Below, piece by piece: positions 1-12,373 of a DNA stretch of 64,000 nucleotides. This DNA is from an uncultured Nitrospiraceae bacterium (GTDB lineage: Bacteria > Nitrospirota > Thermodesulfovibrionia > Thermodesulfovibrionales > UBA6898), in the NCBI GenBank assembly GCA_963811165.1, contig CAWEQH010000008.1, forward strand, positions 96,001 through 160,000, given 5' to 3'. A program made the position numbers and the translations under genes. Numbering within the stretch: the stretch's first letter is position 1; each line of letters opens with the position of its first letter. Under the pieces are notes generated by a model. It saw nothing but the letters and a program-made list of their open reading frames with translations. It was not told where the DNA came from and did no database searches.

Positions 1-17
1 TACCATTTTTCAGCCAT
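1..17 (-). CDS. 5' end of a gene running off the left edge (MAEKM...)
   Basis: ATG at 17 on the minus strand preceded by AAGGAG RBS; divergent from icd; product unknown. Confidence 0.45.
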
Positions 18-123
18 GGGTACTCCTTCACATTAATCCGACTTTAAAAAATATCGTATCATAAAACACGGGGTTATTTGAACTGCGGGCGGATAATCCG
101 GGTGCCGTAAGAGACCGCATGCG

Positions 124-153
124 TTGACATCGGGACTGAATAGACCCTAAAAT
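124..153 (+). promoter_or_regulatory. sigma70-type promoter for icd
   Basis: TTGACA-N18-TAAAAT. Confidence 0.5.
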
Positions 154-188
154 TATCAACTCTAACCTTATTAATACGGGGGAATACA

Positions 189-1397
189 GTGGCAATTAAA
201 GTTAAAAATCCTATTGTAGAGATGGACGGCGATGAAATGGCCAGGATAATCTGGCATATGATAAAAGAGAAGCTCTTGTCCCCTTTTCTGGATATGGAGA
301 TCCGCTATTTTGACCTGGGGATCAAACAAAGAGACGCGACAGACGACAAGGTGACCGTTGACGCTGCGGAGGCGATCAAGGAGACCGGAATCGGGGTGAA
401 GTGCGCCACGATCACCCCAAATGCCGCAAGGGTGAAGGAATATAACCTCAAGCAGCAGTGGAAAAGTCCAAACGGCACGATCCGCTCGATCCTGGACGGA
501 ACCGTTTTCAGGAAACCGATTATTCTTAAGAACATACCCCCTGCAGTGCGTACATGGAAGAAGCCTATTATGATCGGCCGTCACGCCTACGGCGACATAT
601 ATAAATGCACGGAACTTGTTGTTGATGCTCCGGGCACGGCGGAGCTTGTGTTTGCTCCGGCCAACGGAGGGGAAAAGAAAGTCCTGAAGATCCATGACTT
701 TAAGGGCAGGGGAGTTGTCATGGGGATGCATAATACGGAGTCCTCCATCAGGAGTTTTGCGAAGGCCTGCATTAATTACGCGCTCGGCGAGCGCGTCAAC
801 CTCTGGTTTGGTGCGAAGGACACGATCTCCAAACAGTACCATGGTTTTTTCAGGGACATCTTTGCGGAGGAGATAGCTAAAGTAAAGGGGCGCTTTGATG
901 CCGCGGGCATATGCTACCGGTATCTGCTTATTGATGATGCGGTGGCACAGATAATGAAGTCGGAAGGCGGAATGCTCTGGGCCTGTATGAACTACGATGG
1001 CGACGTCATGTCTGATATGGTGGCTACAGGATTTGGCAGCCTGGGCCTTATGACCTCAGTCTTGGTTTCTCCTGACGGCAAATACGAATTCGAGGCAGCC
1101 CACGGGACGGTGGTAAGACATTACTACGAGCATCTCAAAGGTAATCCCACTTCAACTAATTCAATCGCCTCTATCTTTGCATGGACCGGCGCCCTTGCGA
1201 AGCGTGGGGAGATGGACAATACTCCGGAAGTGGTCAATTTCGCCCGCACTCTCGAAAGGGTGGTCATCGAAACAGCCGAAAGCGGGATCATGACGAAAGA
1301 CCTGATGCTTATTGCGGAACCCAGGGCTTCAAAATATGCGCATACCGAAGAGTTTATCGATGCCGTGGCGGAGAGGCTGAAAAAAAATATTTTGTAG
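189..1397 (+). CDS. icd: NADP-dependent isocitrate dehydrogenase
   Basis: MDGDEMx[33 protein letters not shown] motifs. Confidence 0.96.
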   Translation: MAIKVKNPIVEMDGDEMARIIWHMIKEKLLSPFLDMEIRYFDLGIKQRDATDDKVTVDAAEAIKETGIGVKCATITPNAARVKEYNLKQQWKSPNGTIRSILDGTVFRKPIILKNIPPAVRTWKKPIMIGRHAYGDIYKCTELVVDAPGTAELVFAPANGGEKKVLKIHDFKGRGVVMGMHNTESSIRSFAKACINYALGERVNLWFGAKDTISKQYHGFFRDIFAEEIAKVKGRFDAAGICYRYLLIDDAVAQIMKSEGGMLWACMNYDGDVMSDMVATGFGSLGLMTSVLVSPDGKYEFEAAHGTVVRHYYEHLKGNPTSTNSIASIFAWTGALAKRGEMDNTPEVVNFARTLERVVIETAESGIMTKDLMLIAEPRASKYAHTEEFIDAVAERLKKNIL

Positions 1398-1420
1398 GGG
1401 CGGGGTAACCTGCCCTTACA
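1393..1420. repeat. GTAG-type REP-like palindrome / terminator between convergent genes
   Basis: TGTAGGGGCGGG-GTAA-CCTGCCCTTACA imperfect hairpin. Confidence 0.55.
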
Positions 1421-1427
1421 TTGTTCC

Positions 1428-2000
1428 TTACTCTTTTCCTGTCACCCACCAGTCGCTCTTGTCTGAAAACCACCAAAGGGAAGAATCTGTTTCGAGGATC
1501 GTCTGGGCCAAATTACGTGCGGTATCCGTCTTTAAACGCTTTAACGCATATTCGAGCCATTCATCGGCGTATTTGTTACCAACATCTTTATATTCTTTTA
1601 GCGCCAGTATCAACTCCAGCTGGTCGGCGTCATGGGCCAACAGCGCCTCAAGACTCTCGCCTTTTTCGAATTCTTCGATAAGTTCTTTGATCTCATTGCC
1701 GAAAGGCACGGTCGCGGCAAGGTCCCGCACAGCCTTTCCTATGTCGGCCTTTACATATTTTTTGTTTACGTAATTCAGATCTCCGGTACGTGCTTCGGGA
1801 AGGTCATGGAACAGGCACATCTTGATAAGCCTGTCTGTATCAGCGTCCTTCACAAGTCGGCCAAGGGTATAGCCGATATAGACGGCCCTGAATATGTGTT
1901 CGGCAACCGATTCGGCCCCGGATCCGAGGAACTGAAACCCTGTCCTCGGCGTGCGTTTGAGCATGCCTGCTTCGAACAAAAAATTAGCAATGTTATTCAT
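1428..2000 (-). CDS. HD-domain phosphohydrolase (YfbR/HDDC2-like)
   Basis: LKRTPRTG, ESVAEH, HDLPEARTGD, DADQLE motifs. Confidence 0.88.
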   Translation of the reverse strand: MNNIANFLFEAGMLKRTPRTGFQFLGSGAESVAEHIFRAVYIGYTLGRLVKDADTDRLIKMCLFHDLPEARTGDLNYVNKKYVKADIGKAVRDLAATVPFGNEIKELIEEFEKGESLEALLAHDADQLELILALKEYKDVGNKYADEWLEYALKRLKTDTARNLAQTILETDSSLWWFSDKSDWWVTGKE

Positions 2001-2010
2001 GGAATATACC

Positions 2011-3507
2011 TCAATCTATCTTTTCTTTCTCGATAAACGCATCTTTTAAAAGCCTGGACTGCCTCTCGAATGCCTGCCTCGGATTTTTAGAGTCCTTCAT
2101 TAAAGCGATTTCCTGGGTGATGAGTCTCGCGAGGTTGAGGATATGCGTGTCGGCCTTTCCTGATTCTCTCCTGTAAAGCGGATGGTCCCTGTTGATGTAA
2201 ATAGTCGTCTCCTCCGTAAAGACCTCAGATCCCTCTTCTCCGAAGCTGTCCACGACACAGGAAACACCATATTGCCCGAACTTCATTTTTTTGATGACCG
2301 CATTTGGGGTAAGCCGCTTTACTTGGGGCCTCTTCTTTCTCTTCTTTATTTCAGGCGTTTTTACCTTTTCTTTACCTATCGGCGAGGCGTTACCTGCAAT
2401 GCCCGTCTCCTCAGCCTTCTTTTCCGATAAAAGCCCTGCTCCTCCGATACCTTTGGTCTCATCATCCGCAACCGGAAGTGCGCCGAAGGGCGAAAGTTCG
2501 GGGTTATGAGACAATGCCCTATAGACTCGGTGTAATGCCTCGTTCAAGGCACGGCTGACAATCCTGCCTTCCTTTTTTGCCGTGAGCCTGTGAAGTGCTT
2601 TCTTTATCTCCTCGATAACCTTCTCCATAACAGCCAGAAACGCTCTGTATTCCGGCGAATCTTTTATAAAGCCCGTCCTGTCGCTCGTTACGGGAAGAAA
2701 GTCGGCATTCACTTCTCCTCTGACCCGCGCCATGACCTTCCCCCATGTCTCCATGCCGAAGAGCTCCCGCCTAACAGTAACCTGTTTGACTTTGATCTCT
2801 ACCCCAAGAGCCTCCGTAGAGGCCATTGTCTGTGGAAGGATTATTATTTCTCCATGCACCGGCCCGAATTCAGTTCCCTCAAGGAATGGGATTTTATGGC
2901 CGGCGAGACTTCTTGGGGTAATTGTGTGGCTATTTAGCCTGACTCTGAAATTCGGCGCTTTGAGTGGTGTCCCTTCGATTATTCGCGCTTCGATGTCATT
3001 TAGTTCAAACCGCCTGTTCAAGCCTGTCAGCATGACTGTTGTTCCATCTGTTTTCCTGAAGTCGGTCGGCAAAAGATCGAGGGGGAGATTCCACGTGCCG
3101 CCGGCCTTTTCCCACTCGGCTTTATCAAAGATGACCCGTGCGACAAACTCACCCTTTCTTGTCAAGACCTCAAAACGCTCACAGGCGGACAGGCTTGCGA
3201 ATTTTCCTATGCCGAACTGTCCTATCCGGTCTCGGTGATATAGCGGAGATTTCGATGAATGGAGTTTGAGCTGGGAGCCGATGCTGAAATACTGTCTGAG
3301 CCCTTCCCTGTCCATCCCTGAGCCGTTATCCTTGATCTCGATACTGTCTTCTGAAACTGTGATATCGACAAGAGTGGCATCGGCATCGTAGGCGTTGTTC
3401 ACGATCTCCCTGACAAACTCGATGCTCTCGGTATAAAGCCTTTCACCAATGGTGATGATATGACTTTTATCGACAGTGACGGGGATATATTCTTTTTCAG
3501 GGTCCAT
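2011..3507 (-). CDS. GHKL (HATPase_c_3 / MORC-like) ATPase
   Basis: REIVNNAYDADA, DNGSGM, GQFGIGK, GTTV boxes; C-terminal INRDHPLY. Confidence 0.82.
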   Translation of the reverse strand: MDPEKEYIPVTVDKSHIITIGERLYTESIEFVREIVNNAYDADATLVDITVSEDSIEIKDNGSGMDREGLRQYFSIGSQLKLHSSKSPLYHRDRIGQFGIGKFASLSACERFEVLTRKGEFVARVIFDKAEWEKAGGTWNLPLDLLPTDFRKTDGTTVMLTGLNRRFELNDIEARIIEGTPLKAPNFRVRLNSHTITPRSLAGHKIPFLEGTEFGPVHGEIIILPQTMASTEALGVEIKVKQVTVRRELFGMETWGKVMARVRGEVNADFLPVTSDRTGFIKDSPEYRAFLAVMEKVIEEIKKALHRLTAKKEGRIVSRALNEALHRVYRALSHNPELSPFGALPVADDETKGIGGAGLLSEKKAEETGIAGNASPIGKEKVKTPEIKKRKKRPQVKRLTPNAVIKKMKFGQYGVSCVVDSFGEEGSEVFTEETTIYINRDHPLYRRESGKADTHILNLARLITQEIALMKDSKNPRQAFERQSRLLKDAFIEKEKID

Positions 3508-3644
3508 AGCCGGTGAATGCTATTTTAGCATAGGTGAGGCGCCTCTTCCCTCAAATACCCTTTTCTGGTATTATTGTCTTAGTTTATTGGAGTAGAGACC
3601 TGCAACTTACAAGCTTGCATAATATATTTCTTAAGGAGAATGCC

Positions 3645-4937
3645 ATGGCTGACCTTAAAAAGATGTACAGGACTATTATGGACGATAATTTCCCTGATGA
3701 GATGACGATAAAGTTCGGCGACCAGACTCTTCTCTACAGAAAGAGGGCATGGAGGATACCTGATGAAAAAACAGGTGAACTCATCGAAAAAGGGCTTCGC
3801 TACGGCGAAAACCCCGACCAGCAGGCGGCGCTTTTCGAACTCGTAAACGGGAACCTGGTGCTGGGAGACTGCAAATTTATCGAGGCGGGCAATGGCCTGG
3901 TGAGCAGCATTACCGAAGAAGACATGATCCAGGCCGGAAAGCATCCCGGCAAGACGAACCTCACCGACCTCGACAACGCCCTTAATATCCTCAAATTTCT
4001 CTCTTCCGGCCCGGCGGCGACGATTATGAAGCATAACAACCCCTGCGGTGTGGCCTACGGTAAGAACGTTGCAGAGGCTTATGACAGGGCGAACATGGCC
4101 GACAGGATCGCCGCCTTCGGTGGTTGTCTTGTTGTCAACCGGGCCATGGATAAGGCCTGTGCGGAAATGGTGAGCGGCAACTACCTGGAGGTCGTCGGCG
4201 CGCCCGACTTTGAAGAGGGCGTGGTGGACATCCTTGCGAAGAGGAAAAACCTGAGAATAGTCAGGATACATAAAATCGGCGCTCTGGAAAAATACAGGTC
4301 TACTCGTTTCGTGGATTTCAAGTCGCTTATTGACGGAGGGATTATCGTCCAGCAATCGCCTTTGAACAGGATAAAGACGAAAGAGGATTTTCTCCCGGCG
4401 AAAACGCTCTATAAGGGCAAAGAATATGCGATTGAGCGTCGGCCTACCGACAAAGAGTATGACGACATGCTTTTCGGCTGGAGTGTCGAACAAGGGGTCA
4501 CTTCAAATTCCGTCCTGTTTGTGAAGGACGGGGTGACCGTGGGCATTGGCACCGGCGAACAGGACAGGGTGGGAGTCGCCGAGATAGCTGTCTTCAAGGC
4601 TCACACAAAATATGCCGATGCCCTCTGCTTCAGGAAATACGGCGTGCCCTACAAGACCTTCGAGCTTGAGGCGTCACAGGGCAAAAGGGATGCCGCGGCT
4701 CTCAAAGAGATAGATGAAGAGACAAAGAAAAAGAAGGGCGGCCTTATCGGCTCGACTATGGTTTCCGACGCTTTTTTCCCCTTTAGAGACGGGGTGGATG
4801 TCGGAATCAAGGAAGGGATCGCGGCGATTGTACATCCGGGCGGCTCCGACAGGGATTTTGAATCCATCGAGGCATGCAATCAGGCCGATCCGAAAGTCAC
4901 AATGGTCTTTACCGGGCAGAGGGCCTTCAAACACTGA
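3645..4937 (+). CDS. PurH-like AICAR transformylase domain protein (no N-terminal MGS-like cyclohydrolase domain)
   Basis: LRYGENPDQ, MKHNNPCG, SDAFFPFRDG, PGGS motifs; AAGGAG RBS before ATG 3645. Confidence 0.85.
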   Translation: MADLKKMYRTIMDDNFPDEMTIKFGDQTLLYRKRAWRIPDEKTGELIEKGLRYGENPDQQAALFELVNGNLVLGDCKFIEAGNGLVSSITEEDMIQAGKHPGKTNLTDLDNALNILKFLSSGPAATIMKHNNPCGVAYGKNVAEAYDRANMADRIAAFGGCLVVNRAMDKACAEMVSGNYLEVVGAPDFEEGVVDILAKRKNLRIVRIHKIGALEKYRSTRFVDFKSLIDGGIIVQQSPLNRIKTKEDFLPAKTLYKGKEYAIERRPTDKEYDDMLFGWSVEQGVTSNSVLFVKDGVTVGIGTGEQDRVGVAEIAVFKAHTKYADALCFRKYGVPYKTFELEASQGKRDAAALKEIDEETKKKKGGLIGSTMVSDAFFPFRDGVDVGIKEGIAAIVHPGGSDRDFESIEACNQADPKVTMVFTGQRAFKH

Positions 4938-5098
4938 CATTTATACTGATAGGGAGTACTTATAAAAAGAATGAGAAATAGTATGTCTTGGGGCCTTTAC
5001 TTTACTTAATAATGTTGTGGTATAATATCTCTTCCAAGCCGTAGACCAACGCAGGTTTTTTTGTGGCGGTGATTTTTTTCCCGGATAGCCCAAAAAAC

Positions 5099-5127
5099 TT
5101 GACAAATATATTTTTCTCTGGTAAAGT
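5099..5127 (+). promoter_or_regulatory. promoter of str operon
   Basis: TTGACA-N17-TAAAGT upstream of rpsL. Confidence 0.6.
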
Positions 5128-5186
5128 TGTAAGGTTTTTCCCAGAGCATCAAGAATTATTTGACTCGTTAATTTTATGGAGGAAAA

Positions 5187-5558
5187 GTGCCCACAATAGC
5201 ACAATTAGTCAGGCAGGGACGTAAAAGTTTGGTGGTCAAAACGAAGAGTCCTGCGTTAAAGTCCTGTCCCCAGAAAAGGGGGGTATGCGTGAGGGTCTAT
5301 ACGACTACGCCGAAGAAGCCGAACTCGGCATTGAGGAAGGTCGCAAGAGTAAGGCTGACGAACGCGATGGAAGTCACCGCGTATATCCCGGGTGTGGGAC
5401 ATAACCTGCAGGAGCATTCTATAGTCATGATAAGAGGCGGAAGGGTTAAGGACTTGCCCGGCGTCAGATACCATATTATAAGAGGCACGCTCGACTCTAC
5501 CGGTGTGAACGACAGGAGACGCAGCAGATCGAAGTACGGGACAAAGAAGCCTAAGTAA
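5187..5558 (+). CDS. rpsL: 30S ribosomal protein S12
   Basis: [30 protein letters not shown]. Confidence 0.99.
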   Translation: MPTIAQLVRQGRKSLVVKTKSPALKSCPQKRGVCVRVYTTTPKKPNSALRKVARVRLTNAMEVTAYIPGVGHNLQEHSIVMIRGGRVKDLPGVRYHIIRGTLDSTGVNDRRRSRSKYGTKKPK

Positions 5559-5582
5559 TACGGAGCATAAACGGAGTAAATA

Positions 5583-6058
<476 letters not shown>

Positions 6059-6079
6059 AGAGAGTAGAGGAGAGAGATT

Positions 6080-8160
6080 TTGTCAAAGGTCCCGCTGGAA
6101 ACAACACGCAATATTGGAATCATGGCCCACATCGATGCCGGGAAAACCACGACCACGGAAAGGATTCTCTACTATACGGGTGTTACCTATAAGATAGGCG
6201 AGGTCCATGAGGGGACCGCTGTTATGGACTGGATGGTCCAGGAACAGGAAAGAGGCATTACCATAACATCCGCAGCAACGACTTGCTTTTGGAGAGACCA
6301 CAAAATAAATATCATAGATACCCCGGGGCATGTTGATTTTACGATCGAGGTGGAAAGGTCATTGAGGGTGCTGGACGGGGCGGTGGCGGTATTTGATTCG
6401 GTGGCAGGGGTCGAACCTCAGTCCGAGACGGTCTGGCGGCAGGCGAACAAGTATAATGTGCCCAGGATCGCTTTTATGAATAAAATGGACAGGATGGGAG
6501 CAGATTTTTACATGGCGGTAAACAGTATGGTCGACAGATTAGGCGCTAACCCCGTCGCGGTCCAGCTTCCGATAGGCGCGGAAGATAATTTCAGGGGACC
6601 GATCGACCTTGTGACGATGAAGGCCCTCTATTATGACGACGAGACTCTCGGCGCAAAATTCGTAGAAGGGGACATCCCTGACGAGCTTATGCCGCAGGCG
6701 AAGGAATACAGGGAAAAGATGATCGAGGCGATCTCCGATGTCGATGAGAAAATCATGGAGAAGTATCTCGGCGGCGGTGAGATCAGCGAAGATGAGATAA
6801 GGGCGGCCCTAAGGAAAGGTACGGTGGAGATGAAGTTTACTCCCGTCCTCTGCGGGACCGCATTCAAGAATAAAGGGGTCCAGCAGCTTCTTGATGGTAT
6901 CGTCGACTACCTGCCCTCCCCGCACGATATCCCTCCGGTTATTGGTAAGGACCCGGACAGTGGAGCCGACGTATTGAGAAAGGCCGATGACAAAGAACCC
7001 TTTTCTGCATTTGCCTTTAAGGTGATGACAGACCCGTTCGTGGGCCAGCTTACCTTCCTTAGGGTATATTCAGGTGTAATGGCTGCAGGCTCATATGTAT
7101 ATAATTCGACAAAGGGCACGAAGGAGAGAGTCGGCAGGCTGCTTAAGATGCACGCCAATAAGAGGGAAGATATAAAGGAAGTTTCTGCCGGTGATATTGC
7201 TGCGGCCGTCGGGTTGAAAAGCACGCTTACCGGGGATACCCTCTGCGACGAAAAGAAGCCGGTAATACTGGAAGCGATGGAATTCCCGGAACCGGTTATT
7301 CGGTGGCGATAGAGCCCAAGACAAAGGCCGACCAGGAGAAGCTCGGCGCAGTCACTCGGGAAGCTGATGCAGGAGGACCCTTCTTTTAGGGTAATACCAA
7401 TGAAGAGACAGGCCAGACGATTATCTCGCGGTATGGGCGAACTGCATCTGGAGATTATAGTAGACAGGCTTTTAAGAGAGTTTAAGGTAGGAGCGAATGT
7501 CGGCAAGCCCCAGGTTGCATACAGAGAGACGATAAAGATACCTTCGAAGGCGGAAGGGAAGTTTGTCAGGCAGATCCGGCGGCCGCGGCCAGTACGGACA
7601 TGTGTATATTGAGCTTGAACCCCATGAGCCCGGAAAAGGCTATGAGTTTGTGAGCAAGGTTGTAGGCGGCACCGTACCGAGGGAGTACTGGTCGGCTGTC
7701 GATAAAGGCATAAAAGAGGCGCTGGACGAGGGAATACTTGCCGGGTATCCTGTTGTTGACATCAAGGCGATCCTCTATGACGGCTCCTATCACGAAGTAG
7801 ACTCATCTGAGATGGCCTTTAAGATCGCCGGCTCGATGGGATTTAAAGAGGCGGCGAAGAAGGCGAAGCCGGTCATCCTCGAGCCGATCATGAATGTCGA
7901 AGTGGTGACGCCCGAGGAATATATGGGCGACGTTATCGGAGATCTTAATTCCCGCAGGGGCAAGATACAGCAGATGGAAAAACGCGGCAAGGCGCAGGTG
8001 ATCAAGGTCTCAGGTCCCTCTCTCCGAGATGTTTGGATATGCCACTGACCTCAGGTCCAAGACCCAGGGCAGGGCAACGTACACGATGCAGTTTGCAAAT
8101 TACGATGAAGTGCCCAAGAGTATCGCTGAAACGATTATCGCGAAGGTTAAAGGCGAATAG
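6080..8160 (+). CDS. fusA: elongation factor G (indels near 7300-7570 and 8010)
   Basis: [39 protein letters not shown] across frames. Confidence 0.96.
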
Positions 8161-8226
8161 AGAGTAACCAGGTATGACGCCGGATTATCCCGGCCGCACT
8201 GCAAGAAGATATAGGAAGGAGGCAAG

Positions 8227-9426
8227 ATGGCAAAGGCAAAATTTGAGAGGACGAAACCTCATTGCAACGTAGGGACGATAGGGCACGTAGACCACGGCAA
8301 GACGACATTGACGGCTGCGATAACGAAGGTGCTGGCGTTTACCGGTCAGGCGACGTACCGGGCGTATGATTCGATAGATAACGCACCTGAGGAGAAGGCC
8401 AGGGGTATAACGATTGCTACGGCGCACGTTGAGTACGAGACGGCCAACAGGCATTATGCGCATGTAGATTGTCCTGGACATGCGGACTATGTGAAGAACA
8501 TGATCACCGGGGCGGCGCAGATGGACGGGGCGATACTGGTGGTGAGTGCAGCAGACGGGCCGATGCCGCAGACGAGGGAGCATATACTGCTTGCAAGACA
8601 GGTAGGGGTACCGTACATAGTGGTGTACATGAACAAGACGGACATGGTGGACGACCCTGAACTATTGGAGTTGGTGGAGCTTGAGGTGAGGGAGCTATTG
8701 TCAAGTACCAGTTTCCTGGGGACAAGATACCGATCATAAAGGGCAGTGCGCTTAAGGCGATAGAGAGCACGTCTACGGACCCCAAGGCTGAGGAGTACAA
8801 GAGCATACATGAGCTGATGGAGGCGGTGGACAGCTATGTACCGACGCCTGAGAGGCCTATAGACAAGCCGTTTTTGATGCCGATAGAGGACGTATTTTCG
8901 ATCTCCGGCCGTGGGACGGTGGTGACGGGCAGGGTAGAGAGAGGCATAGTGAAGGTAGGCGAGGAAATGGAGATAGTGGGGTTAGGGGAGACGAGGAAGA
9001 CGGTAGTGACGGGGGTAGAGATGTTCCGGAAGCTGCTGGATGAAGGCAGGGCAGGGGACAACATCGGAGCGCTGCTTAAGAGGAATAGGGAAGGACGACG
9101 TGGAGCGTGGACAAGTATTGGCGAAACCTGGTAGTATAACGCCTCATACGAAGTTCAAGTGCGAAGTATATATATTGACGAAGGAAGAGGGTGGCAGGCA
9201 TACGCCGTTTTTCAAGGGGTACCGGCCGCAGTTTTATTTCAGGACGACGGACGTTACAGGAGTGGCGCAGTTGCCCGATGGAGTTGAGATGGTGATGCCG
9301 GGGGACAACGTGAGCCTCTCGGTTGAGCTGATCTCTCCGATCGCGATGGAGAAGGAACTGAGGTTTGCGATAAGAGAAGGCGGCCGCACCGTCGGAGCCG
9401 GAGTCGTTACCGAGGTATTGGAGTAA
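8227..9426 (+). CDS. tuf: elongation factor Tu (indels near 8700-8730 and 9080)
   Basis: [31 protein letters not shown]. Confidence 0.97.
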
Positions 9427-9428
9427 AC

Positions 9429-9734
9429 GTGAATCAAAAGATAAGGATAAAACTAAGAGCATACGATCACAGGGTCCTCGACCAATCTCTAAAAGAGATC
9501 GTCGATACGGCGCAGAGGACCGGGGCGAGGGTTGCCGGACCGGTTCCGCTGCCTACCCATATCAGCAAGATAACGGTCCTCAGGTCTCCCCATGTGGACA
9601 AGAAGTCGAGGGAGCAGTTTGAGATCAGGACCCATAAAAGGCTCATCGACATTCACGACGCAACGCCTCAGACAGTAGACGCCCTGATGAAGCTGGAACT
9701 GGCGGCAGGGGTGGACGTGGAGATAAAACTATGA
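9429..9734 (+). CDS. rpsJ: 30S ribosomal protein S10
   Basis: [21 protein letters not shown]. Confidence 0.99.
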   Translation: MNQKIRIKLRAYDHRVLDQSLKEIVDTAQRTGARVAGPVPLPTHISKITVLRSPHVDKKSREQFEIRTHKRLIDIHDATPQTVDALMKLELAAGVDVEIKL

Positions 9735-10345
9735 TCGGGATTTTGGGAAGAAAGCTCGGGATGACCCAGGTCTTTGACGAAAGCGGCAGGATGTTTCCTG
9801 TCACCGTAGTCGAGGCGGGGCCATGCTGCGTTATTCAGGTGAAGACCAGGGAAAAAGACGGCTATGAAGCGGTCAAGATCGGGTTTTCCGAGATCAAGAA
9901 GGAAAAGAATGTCAATAAACCCATGGGCGGCATTTTCAAGAAAATCGGGGTCAAACCCTATAAAATGCTCAAGGAGTTCCCGATGGGTAACCTCAAGGTC
10001 GGCGAACTCGTGACGGTCGAGAAGTTTACTAAAGGCGATACGATTTCGGTGTCGGGAGTCACGAAGGGTAAGGGGTTCCAGGGTGTGGTAAAGAGACACC
10101 ATTACGCGGGGGGCCCCGCGTCGCACGGATCAATGTTTTATCGAGCACCGGGTTCGATAGGCGCGAGTTCATACCCTTCGAGGGTCTGGAAGAACAAAGG
10201 CATGCCGGGCCATATGGGTTCCGAAAGGACGACGGTGAAAAACCTGAAGGTGGTCGATATAAAGGCCGAGCAGAATCTTCTTCTCATTTTGGGGGCGGTT
10301 CCGGGTTCCAAGGGAACGTATCTCGAAATAAGAAAGGAAAATTAG
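9731..10345 (+). CDS. rplC: 50S ribosomal protein L3
   Basis: [21 protein letters not shown]. Confidence 0.98.
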   Translation: MIGILGRKLGMTQVFDESGRMFPVTVVEAGPCCVIQVKTREKDGYEAVKIGFSEIKKEKNVNKPMGGIFKKIGVKPYKMLKEFPMGNLKVGELVTVEKFTKGDTISVSGVTKGKGFQGVVKRHHYAGGPASHGSMFYRAPGSIGASSYPSRVWKNKGMPGHMGSERTTVKNLKVVDIKAEQNLLLILGAVPGSKGTYLEIRKEN

Positions 10346-10346
10346 A

Positions 10347-10982
10347 ATGCCAGAATTCGAAGTGAAAGATAAGAATAACAAGGCGGTCGGCAAGATCAGC
10401 CTTTCAGACAACGTATTCGGGGTGAAGGCGAAGGACGGAGTCCTTCATAATGCCGTGGTAAATTTCCTTGCCAACCAGAGGCAGGGCACCCACGCAACGA
10501 AGACGAAGGGGCTGGTAAGCGGCGGCGGCAAGAAACCGTGGAAGCAAAAACATACGGGCCGTGCGAGATCGGGCAGCAGCCGCTCCCCGCTCTGGAGGGG
10601 CGGAGGCATAGTATTCGGTCCTCAACCGAGGGATTATTCCTATGCGATACCCAAGAAGGCCAGAAGACTGGCGCTCAAGGTTGCTCTTTCCGGGAAGCTT
10701 TCCGACGGGGAGATTGTTGTGATTGAGGCGCTCCCTCTTGAAAAACCAAAGACGAAGGAGATGATTTCCGTCCTGAAACGCCTGGAACTTGACGGTAAGA
10801 GCACCCTTATTATCGTTCCCGAACATAACGAAGCCATCGTACTTTCTACCCGGAACATCCCCGGCGTTACGGTGACCAGGGTGTCGGACCTTAATTGCTA
10901 CGATGTTGCGGCCCATAGCAGGCTGCTGATGACGAAACAGGCTGCTCAGATGCTGTCGGAGGCTGGTGCCAAAAATGAATAA
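10347..10982 (+). CDS. rplD: 50S ribosomal protein L4
   Basis: RQGTHATKT, KKPWKQKHTGRAR. Confidence 0.98.
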   Translation: MPEFEVKDKNNKAVGKISLSDNVFGVKAKDGVLHNAVVNFLANQRQGTHATKTKGLVSGGGKKPWKQKHTGRARSGSSRSPLWRGGGIVFGPQPRDYSYAIPKKARRLALKVALSGKLSDGEIVVIEALPLEKPKTKEMISVLKRLELDGKSTLIIVPEHNEAIVLSTRNIPGVTVTRVSDLNCYDVAAHSRLLMTKQAAQMLSEAGAKNE

Positions 10983-11265
10983 CGTATATACCGTAATAAA
11001 GAAGCCGCTTTTTACAGAAAAGGGGAGCGCCCTCAAAGAGTCAGAAAACAAGCTTCTTGTCGAAGTCGGCAAGGATGCCAACAAGCTTGAGATAAAGAAG
11101 GCTATTGAAGAGATATTTAAGGTGAAGGTCGAAAAGGTGGCTACGATCAAGACCCATGGCAAATGGAAGAGATACGGCAAGTCGATCGGGAAAAGGTCCG
11201 ACAGAAAAAAGGCTCTGATTACCCTTAAAAAGGGAGAAAAACTTGATTTCATCGAAGGTGCATAA
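10975..11265 (+). CDS. rplW: 50S ribosomal protein L23
   Basis: [18 protein letters not shown], operon position. Confidence 0.96.
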   Translation: MNNVYTVIKKPLFTEKGSALKESENKLLVEVGKDANKLEIKKAIEEIFKVKVEKVATIKTHGKWKRYGKSIGKRSDRKKALITLKKGEKLDFIEGA

Positions 11266-12083
11266 TGGGAATTAAAAAATATAATCCGACATCCCCCGGC
11301 AGAAGGTTTCGTACGGTAGTGGACTATGCGGATGTCACGGCGACAGAGCCGTTGAAATCCCTTGTAAGGCCGTTGAGGAAGACGGGCGGTCGTAACAACA
11401 GCGGATGCGTAACGGCGTGGCAGAGAGGCGGCGGCAACAGGAGAAAATACAGGGTCATCGATTTCAAGAGGGAAAAGTTCGGGGTCCCCGCGGTGATCGA
11501 TACCATAGAATACGATCCGAACCGTTCGGCCAGAATCGCCCTTCTGAAATACAAAGACGGCGAGAAGAGGTATATCATCCTGCCGGCTGGTATGAGTGTA
11601 GGTGATGAGGTCCTTTCAGGCAAGGGTGCAGAGATAAAGACCGGCAATGCCCTTCCTCTTAGCGATATCCCCCTCGGCACTTTTATCCATAACGTGGAAC
11701 TTCGGCCGGGACAGGGCGCAAAAATGGTGAGAAGCGCCGGCTCCCAGGCCCAGCTCATCGCAAAGGAAGAAAACTATGTGCAGGTCAAGATGGCCTCCGG
11801 AGAGGTCAGGCTGGTGCCTGCCAAGTGCATGGCCACGATCGGGCAGGTGAGCAATCCCGACCATGAGAATATTTCTTTGGGCAAGGCGGGAAGAAGCAGA
11901 TGGGTGGGGAAGAGACCGCATGTAAGAGGCGTCGCCATGAACCCCATAGACCACCCTCTAGGTGGTGGTGAGGGAAGGAGTTCCGGAGGAAGGCCGCCGT
12001 GCACACCTTGGGGCGTACCCGAGGGCATAAAGACACGCAACAGTAAAAGGACAGACATGTATATCGTGAAGAGGAGGAAGTAA
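11265..12083 (+). CDS. rplB: 50S ribosomal protein L2
   Basis: [26 protein letters not shown]. Confidence 0.99.
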   Translation: MGIKKYNPTSPGRRFRTVVDYADVTATEPLKSLVRPLRKTGGRNNSGCVTAWQRGGGNRRKYRVIDFKREKFGVPAVIDTIEYDPNRSARIALLKYKDGEKRYIILPAGMSVGDEVLSGKGAEIKTGNALPLSDIPLGTFIHNVELRPGQGAKMVRSAGSQAQLIAKEENYVQVKMASGEVRLVPAKCMATIGQVSNPDHENISLGKAGRSRWVGKRPHVRGVAMNPIDHPLGGGEGRSSGGRPPCTPWGVPEGIKTRNSKRTDMYIVKRRK

Positions 12084-12084
12084 A

Positions 12085-12369
12085 TTGCCACGGTCATTAA
12101 AAAAGGGCCCGTTTGTCGATGAGAAGCTTATGAAAAAAGTGAAAGATATGGTTTCGTCAGGCGAGAAGAAACTGATAAAGACATGGTCTAGACGCTCTGT
12201 GATCCTTCCTGACTTCATAGGGTATACCTTCGCCGTCCATAACGGGAGAAAGTTTATCCCGGTCTATGTTACGGAAAATATGGTTGGGCATAAGCTTGGA
12301 GAATTCTCCCCCACGAGGACATTCAAGGGCCATTCAGGCTCGGGAAAGACTACTACGGTAAAGGGTTGA
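12085..12369 (+). CDS. rpsS: 30S ribosomal protein S19
   Basis: [21 protein letters not shown]. Confidence 0.99.
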   Translation: MPRSLKKGPFVDEKLMKKVKDMVSSGEKKLIKTWSRRSVILPDFIGYTFAVHNGRKFIPVYVTENMVGHKLGEFSPTRTFKGHSGSGKTTTVKG

Positions 12370-12373
12370 TAAT

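Noticed and set aside
6080..9426. Programmed frameshifting or pseudogenisation of fusA/tuf
   Set aside because: Multiple scattered indels with no consistent slippery motif, in essential genes with otherwise intact sequence; sequencing error is far more likely.
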